From: Candidatus Aadella gelida
GTDB lineage: Bacteria > Omnitrophota > Gorgyraeia > Tantalellales > Tantalellaceae
DNA: 64,000 nucleotides
Direction of reading: 5' to 3'
Assembly (NCBI GenBank): GCA_030765205.1
Contig: JAVCDB010000106.1
Coordinates: 906 to 64,905, forward strand
The notes beneath the pieces are model-generated. The model worked only from the letters and a program-made list of their open reading frames with translations, did not search any database and had not been told where the DNA came from. Of the stretch, positions 59,379-64,000 are shown piece after piece (within the stretch, counting starts at the first letter, position 1; each line of letters opens with the position of its first letter). A program made the translations under genes and the position numbers.

Positions 59379-59867
59379 CTACCCTGCTAGGATTTCCTTA
59401 CCGGCTAGGCTCAATGCTAGAACTATTAGGCCAGCTATTAGTACTCCTGCGATTATTGCGGGAAGAGCGTATCTGAACCTTATTTTGAAAAGGGTGGCTG
59501 CCACGCATCCTGTCCAGGCACCTGTGATCGGAAGCGGAACAGCAACAAAAAGTATAAGGCCTAATGCTTCGAATTTTTCTATCAGACCGGCTTTTTTTCT
59601 TGTTCTTTCGAATAGCCAAGTAAAGAACTTTTCAAATACAGGAAGATGCCTTAACCTTTCCGAAACAGGCTTAAGCATTAAAAGTAGAGGAACAACCGGA
59701 ACCAGATTACCAAAGACACCCAAAAAATAGGCTTTTATCGGAGTGAAATCCATGGCTATTGCCAAAGGGATTGCTCCTCTCAATTCTGAGATAGGAAGTG
59801 CGGCCAAAATCATTACCCCGGCTTCCTTATTAAAAGATATTAATGTATCTGCTATCCTTTCCACCAT
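59379..59867 (-). CDS. Small multidrug-export-like membrane protein (COG2426 type)
   Basis: 4 TM segments and a PISELRGAIPLAI motif. Confidence 0.4.
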   Translation of the reverse strand: MVERIADTLISFNKEAGVMILAALPISELRGAIPLAIAMDFTPIKAYFLGVFGNLVPVVPLLLMLKPVSERLRHLPVFEKFFTWLFERTRKKAGLIEKFEALGLILFVAVPLPITGAWTGCVAATLFKIRFRYALPAIIAGVLIAGLIVLALSLAGKEILAG

Positions 59868-59868
59868 A

Positions 59869-60561
59869 TCATCCCCTTCCAGTGCGATGCCGCAGGATTA
59901 GCCATAAAAATTTCAGAGCATCTCTTAAAGGTCTTATTTTGGACGTTTCTTCTCCGTATATGGTCTGTACGGGAACTGATTTTATCATCATACCCTTAGC
60001 CGAAGCTTCCATAAGCATTTCCGAATCTATATCATATTTTTTTGATGTAAGCTCAAGTTTCGCCAATGAACTTATTTTTATTATCCTATATCCGCATTGA
60101 GTATCGGGGATATGCTGCCTACATATACCCGATACCACCCAAGACATAAATCTGTTCGTCAAATAACGTATGAGCGGCATGGATTTAGCGTTTTTCATCC
60201 TGTTTCCGATAACTATATCCGGTTCTTTCCAGTCTCCTTTAGTTGCGTCTATCAGGACGGGTATATCTTCCGTAGGATGCTGTCCGTCAGCATCCATTAT
60301 GATCATCCATTCAAAAGTTGTCTTTTTGAGAACATATTTTATCCCTTCTCTTACGGAAAAACCTTTCCCGAAATTTTTACGGTTCCTCATGACCATGGCA
60401 CCCGCGTCAAGCGCCACACGTTCGGTATTATCAGAAGAACCGTCATCTATCACCAAAACGCTTACCCCCATTCCGGCTATTTTTCTGACGATCGTCCCTA
60501 TCGTTCGCGCTTCGTTATACGAAGGCATTATAACTATTGTGTTTTCTGTTCTTGCGGCCAT
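59869..60561 (-). CDS. GT2 glycosyltransferase (polyprenyl-phosphate sugar transferase-like)
   Basis: VIMPSYNE...VIDDGSSDNT DXD-type motifs. Confidence 0.8.
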   Translation of the reverse strand: MAARTENTIVIMPSYNEARTIGTIVRKIAGMGVSVLVIDDGSSDNTERVALDAGAMVMRNRKNFGKGFSVREGIKYVLKKTTFEWMIIMDADGQHPTEDIPVLIDATKGDWKEPDIVIGNRMKNAKSMPLIRYLTNRFMSWVVSGICRQHIPDTQCGYRIIKISSLAKLELTSKKYDIDSEMLMEASAKGMMIKSVPVQTIYGEETSKIRPLRDALKFLWLILRHRTGRG

Positions 60562-61406
60562 ATTCTCCTAAAAGCGTACCATTGATCAGGATATTTTCTG
60601 ATATATTTTTCAAATATCTTGATATAATTTTTCATGATACTCTCTTCGTCAACTTTCGGGTCACCCGTAATAATGCTTTTATCGGGTCTTTCAAAAACAA
60701 AATCAAAAGTATCGTCAGTTTTTCTTATTCCGCTGCAAAACACTACCTGAGCACCTGTTCTTAAAGCTAAAGCTGCCGGGCCTCTGGGCATTATCGCCTT
60801 TTTTCCAAAAAATGTTATAGGAACGCCTACCGACGTATAGACTTTATCCCCCACAACTCCCACTACCTCATTCCTCGAAAGCGCCCTGAAACACTCTTTC
60901 ATCTTACTGCCTATGGGTATTGATTTAAATCCATTGAGGGCTCTTTGCCTTACAAAAAAATCATTTACCTTTTTGTCGGCATGTGTGAGAACTATCCCGC
61001 TTATAGGATATCCCAGACTTCCTATAACAGCCCCCCCAAGTTCCCAATTACCCAGATGCAGGGAAACAAGTACTAAACCCTTTCCCTCAGAAAGACATTC
61101 ATCAAAGTCCTTTTTACCTATGATATTGACGTTCGAATCTATATATTCACTAGTGAACTTGCGAAATCTGAAAAAATCGGCTAGATATTTAGAAAAGTTC
61201 CTGAAAACCTTAAAAACAAGCTTATCCAAGGTCTTATTGTCTGTGCCCTCTCCCAAGACTATCTTAAGATTCTCTTTTAGTTCCTTCTTATCTTGAACCG
61301 AGAATAGAAAAAAAATACGCGCTGTCCATCCTGCTATCAGATAACATACTTTTAGAGGTAAGTGAGCTGTTAAGAAAAATCCTATCCTATAAGCTAGATA
61401 TAACAT
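60534..61406 (-). CDS. Lysophospholipid/lipid A acyltransferase (LpxL/HtrB-like)
   Basis: N-terminal TM and an LPLAT-type HxxxxD region (LHLGNWE). Confidence 0.65.
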   Translation of the reverse strand: MLYLAYRIGFFLTAHLPLKVCYLIAGWTARIFFLFSVQDKKELKENLKIVLGEGTDNKTLDKLVFKVFRNFSKYLADFFRFRKFTSEYIDSNVNIIGKKDFDECLSEGKGLVLVSLHLGNWELGGAVIGSLGYPISGIVLTHADKKVNDFFVRQRALNGFKSIPIGSKMKECFRALSRNEVVGVVGDKVYTSVGVPITFFGKKAIMPRGPAALALRTGAQVVFCSGIRKTDDTFDFVFERPDKSIITGDPKVDEESIMKNYIKIFEKYIRKYPDQWYAFRRIWPQEQKTQ

Positions 61407-61488
61407 ATTATACCAGTTTCATTAATTAATTTATCCTTTTACAGTGGCCTTGCCGCATAAAACCATTTTTTTGCATATGCTATAGCAG

Positions 61489-61572
61489 GTTTTAGGTTCT
61501 AGGTGCTAGGTTGTAGGGTTATATTACCTTCCCTATAACCTAAAACCTAGCACCTAGCACCTAACACCTAAA
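61489..61572. repeat. Imperfect palindrome of ggtNNta heptamer arrays (ggtttta ggttcta ggtgcta ggttgta ... tataacc taaaacc tagcacc tagcacc taacacc)
   Basis: Read directly. Related to the heptamer array at 27100-27140 and to the 22270-22300 end. Confidence 0.7.
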
Positions 61573-61607
61573 CTAATTAATACAATTGGTATTAAGTGTT
61601 TCCGCGG

Positions 61608-62726
61608 TCATTTTATAAAAGCAAGGCGAGCGATATCCAAGGTGCTTGCTGGTCTGGCTATCTTTTTAGCCTGCTCTCTCATTTGGTTTAACTTTTTTCC
61701 TTTGTCAAACAAATCATCCAACTTTTCGTGTAGTTTGGTCTCATCCTCTACCTCAACAGCCGCACCATGCATAACCAAGTAATCCGCGTTCATACGTTCG
61801 TGACCCGGGATAGGCTTCATTATTATCATAGGAAGGTTTTTGACCAATGCTTCGGCGACAGTCATTCCTCCCGGCTTCGTGATAATAACATCCGCAATAT
61901 CCATTATTTCGTCGATATTGTCAACGAACGGCAGAACCTTGAGACTTCCGCTAGTTTTTTTATCCTCGATTTTTTGTAGTTTTGTGTATAACTTTTTATT
62001 CGACCCCGTGATCACTACAAGCTGGTAAAAATGTTCATCATCATTTAATATTGATTCTACGGCAGCTTCGATGCTTCCCAGGCCTTGATTTCCTCCCATT
62101 ATCAGTACCACCGGATGATCCTTGGATATACCCATCTGTTTTTTAAGGATATCCGCAGGTTGACTCTTCGTGAATTTTGGATCTACGGGAATACCATACG
62201 TTCTTATTTTTTCGGCAGCAACACCTTTTTTTGCAAGCATCTCAGATGTTTCTTCTGACGGTGTTATGTAAAGATCGACTTCATCGTACAACCAGTAAGA
62301 ATGAGGAGCATAATCCGTCAAAACTCCGACCAACATCAGCTCTTTTCCTGAGACTCTCTTATAATCAGCTACCATTCCACACGGAAAAGCTTGCGTACAA
62401 AATATTATATCCGGGGAAAATCCGTCCAGCAACTTTTTCATCTTGGACATATTGAACTTATGAAGGGTCTTACGTGCTTTCTCGGTCTTCTTCATGACTT
62501 CCGGGTTATCGTATATGTTTCCCCAGAATTCGGGTTTCTTCTTAATCACTTCATGGTAGGCTGAGATTATTATCTTTCCCAGTATGGGATTTGTATATTC
62601 GGGCGTGTTTATCATCTCCACTTGAATATTCTTATCCAGCTCAAAGAGCCCTTTTTCAATTGCTCTAGCTGCATGAAAATGTCCGGATAACTTTGAAATA
62701 TAGAATATAAGGACTTTTTTGTTCAT
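61608..62726 (-). CDS. Diacylglycerol glycosyltransferase (MGDG-synthase-like N-terminus + GT28 C-terminal domain)
   Basis: MurG-like GT-B fold with an MGDG_synth-type N-terminus. Confidence 0.65.
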   Translation of the reverse strand: MNKKVLIFYISKLSGHFHAARAIEKGLFELDKNIQVEMINTPEYTNPILGKIIISAYHEVIKKKPEFWGNIYDNPEVMKKTEKARKTLHKFNMSKMKKLLDGFSPDIIFCTQAFPCGMVADYKRVSGKELMLVGVLTDYAPHSYWLYDEVDLYITPSEETSEMLAKKGVAAEKIRTYGIPVDPKFTKSQPADILKKQMGISKDHPVVLIMGGNQGLGSIEAAVESILNDDEHFYQLVVITGSNKKLYTKLQKIEDKKTSGSLKVLPFVDNIDEIMDIADVIITKPGGMTVAEALVKNLPMIIMKPIPGHERMNADYLVMHGAAVEVEDETKLHEKLDDLFDKGKKLNQMREQAKKIARPASTLDIARLAFIK

Positions 62727-62758
62727 ATGGTAAAGATAGCGCTGTAAGAAAGTTTACA

Positions 62759-63949
62759 TTAGATCTTCATGTCCAATACTCTCTTAATACGTTTTGCGGC
62801 CTCAAGAAGCCTTTCCTCTTTTTCGACCAAAGCAAACCTTACAAATCCTTCCCCACCCTCACCAAAACCAGTTCCGGGAGAAAGGACCACCCCTTCTTCT
62901 TTTATGAGGAGTGATACAAATTCCATAGAGGTCAAAGAACTGTATTTTTCGGGGATACGTGCCCAAAGATAGAACGTAGCTTTGGGTTTCGGCACTTCCC
63001 ATCCTATGTCGGAAAGAGCCTTTACCATCACATCTCTTCTGCTCTCATATATCTTTACCTGCTCATTAACACAATCCTGCGAACCCGAAAGTGCCTTGAT
63101 AGCGGCATATTGGATAGGCTTGAATATACCAAAATCCATATACCCTTTTGTTTTAGCAAGAGAGCTAAGCAGTTTCGCGTTACCTACAGCAAACCCTATT
63201 CTCCATCCCGCCATGTTATAAGATTTACTCAATGAATGAAATTCGATCGCAACATCTTTAGCGCCCGGTATTTCCAGAACACTGGGAGCTCTATATCCAT
63301 CAAAGGCTATATCGGAATACGCCAGGTCGCTTATGAGCATAATATCGTTCTTTTTTGCGAAAGAAACAGCTTTCTCATAGAACTCTTTTGTCGCAACTGC
63401 GGTCGTAGGATTATTCGGATAACTCAAAAATATCATTTTAGATTTTTTAAGTATGTCTCCCGGGATATTATCCAGATCAGGCATGAACCCGTTTTCGGCA
63501 CTTACAGGAAGATTATGAAGCATCCCTCCTGCTATAAGGACTCCGTTAAAATGTACAGGATATGCCGGATTAGGGACTAATGCTATATCATCATTGTTAA
63601 GGAACGCAAGAGAGACATGCGCTATCCCTTCTTTCGAGCCGATAAGAGGCACTACTTCAGTACCAGAATCTAGTTTCACACCGAATTTTTTTTGATACCA
63701 GTTCGCAATGGTCCTTTTAAGTTCGTGCTCTGATTTGTCTATAGTTCTGGAATATCTATGGTTTTCCGGTTCTTTTGCTCTACTGCACAGCTCTTCTACA
63801 ATATGATCTGGCGTAGGAACATCTGGATTCCCCATACCAAGATCAAGGATATCCAGTCCCTTGCTTATCGCGTCTCTTTTAAGATCGTCTATGATCGTAA
63901 AAAGATATCTCGGTAACCGTTTCATTCTGTCAGCTTCTTCTATCATCAT
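62759..63949 (-). CDS. PLP-dependent class I aminotransferase (DapL/AlaT-like)
   Basis: SLSKSYNMAGWRIGF with the PLP-binding lysine. Confidence 0.8.
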   Translation of the reverse strand: MMIEEADRMKRLPRYLFTIIDDLKRDAISKGLDILDLGMGNPDVPTPDHIVEELCSRAKEPENHRYSRTIDKSEHELKRTIANWYQKKFGVKLDSGTEVVPLIGSKEGIAHVSLAFLNNDDIALVPNPAYPVHFNGVLIAGGMLHNLPVSAENGFMPDLDNIPGDILKKSKMIFLSYPNNPTTAVATKEFYEKAVSFAKKNDIMLISDLAYSDIAFDGYRAPSVLEIPGAKDVAIEFHSLSKSYNMAGWRIGFAVGNAKLLSSLAKTKGYMDFGIFKPIQYAAIKALSGSQDCVNEQVKIYESRRDVMVKALSDIGWEVPKPKATFYLWARIPEKYSSLTSMEFVSLLIKEEGVVLSPGTGFGEGGEGFVRFALVEKEERLLEAAKRIKRVLDMKI

Positions 63950-64000
63950 TTCTCCTGTTCTTCTATTTCTGCAAGGGTCTCCCCGGCAAGAACTTCTTCA

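Noticed and set aside
22016-61572. The repeated elements as a CRISPR array
   Set aside because: They are not regularly spaced, their lengths vary from 85 to 380 bp, the intervening sequences are whole genes, there is no leader, and no cas genes are nearby.
518-63580. Plus-strand ORFs of 60-270 aa throughout the track (e.g. 518..838, 7679..8263, 9695..10348, 51871..52677)
   Set aside because: Every one lies antisense within a well-supported minus-strand gene. Their translations are low-complexity (S/L/F/I-rich), with no family motifs and no matching upstream signals.

Overview
This is a 64-kb chromosomal segment from a low-GC, Gram-negative-type bacterium. It carries TolC/RND efflux genes, ADP-heptose genes and an LpxL-like acyltransferase. 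All of the roughly 65 credible genes lie on the minus strand; the plus-strand ORFs in the track are antisense artefacts. Reading along the minus strand (high to low coordinates), the window holds a complete division/cell-wall (dcw) cluster: mraZ, then an inserted block, then rsmH, ftsL, ftsI, murE, murF, mraY, murD, ftsW, murG, murC, murB, ddl, ftsQ and ftsA. The cluster ends at ftsA with no ftsZ. Where ftsZ would be expected, a ~490-bp noncoding stretch contains a 144-bp element bounded by perfect 23-bp inverted repeats and a solo repeat terminus. Downstream the gene order is Firmicutes-like: proC, yggT, DUF167, mtnP, ileS and a ylyA-like dksA/traR gene. Upstream of the dcw cluster is an accessory block encoding an (AKEEP)n tandem-repeat protein with a Cys4 tail, two PilZ proteins, a TIGR04073-like small secreted protein, a GspB-like protein and an ExeA-like AAA ATPase. 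Beyond that come aroB, yjeF_N, a bS21-like gene, a SPOR-domain protein, an HD-GYP/GAF protein, dgt and a CaCA antiporter. Next is a YfcE-like esterase plus Arch_ATPase pair, tRNA-Gly(CCC) flanked by degenerate copies of its own 3' half and two tandem sRNA-like units, then pfkB, thiC, rfaE2, gmhA, accBC, efp, pepP and aroQ. A patatin gene, memoB and an M16 peptidase follow. The window ends with a MarR/TolC/RND operon that lacks an adaptor gene, then GT2, an LpxL-like acyltransferase, an MGDG-synthase-like gene and an aminotransferase. The most striking feature is a family of at least nine intergenic MITE-like elements. They have terminal inverted repeats built from TTGACNA heptads and flanking arrays of gradually 'morphing' heptanucleotide repeats, and they often sit as inverted pairs bracketing single genes such as mraZ and a thioesterase.
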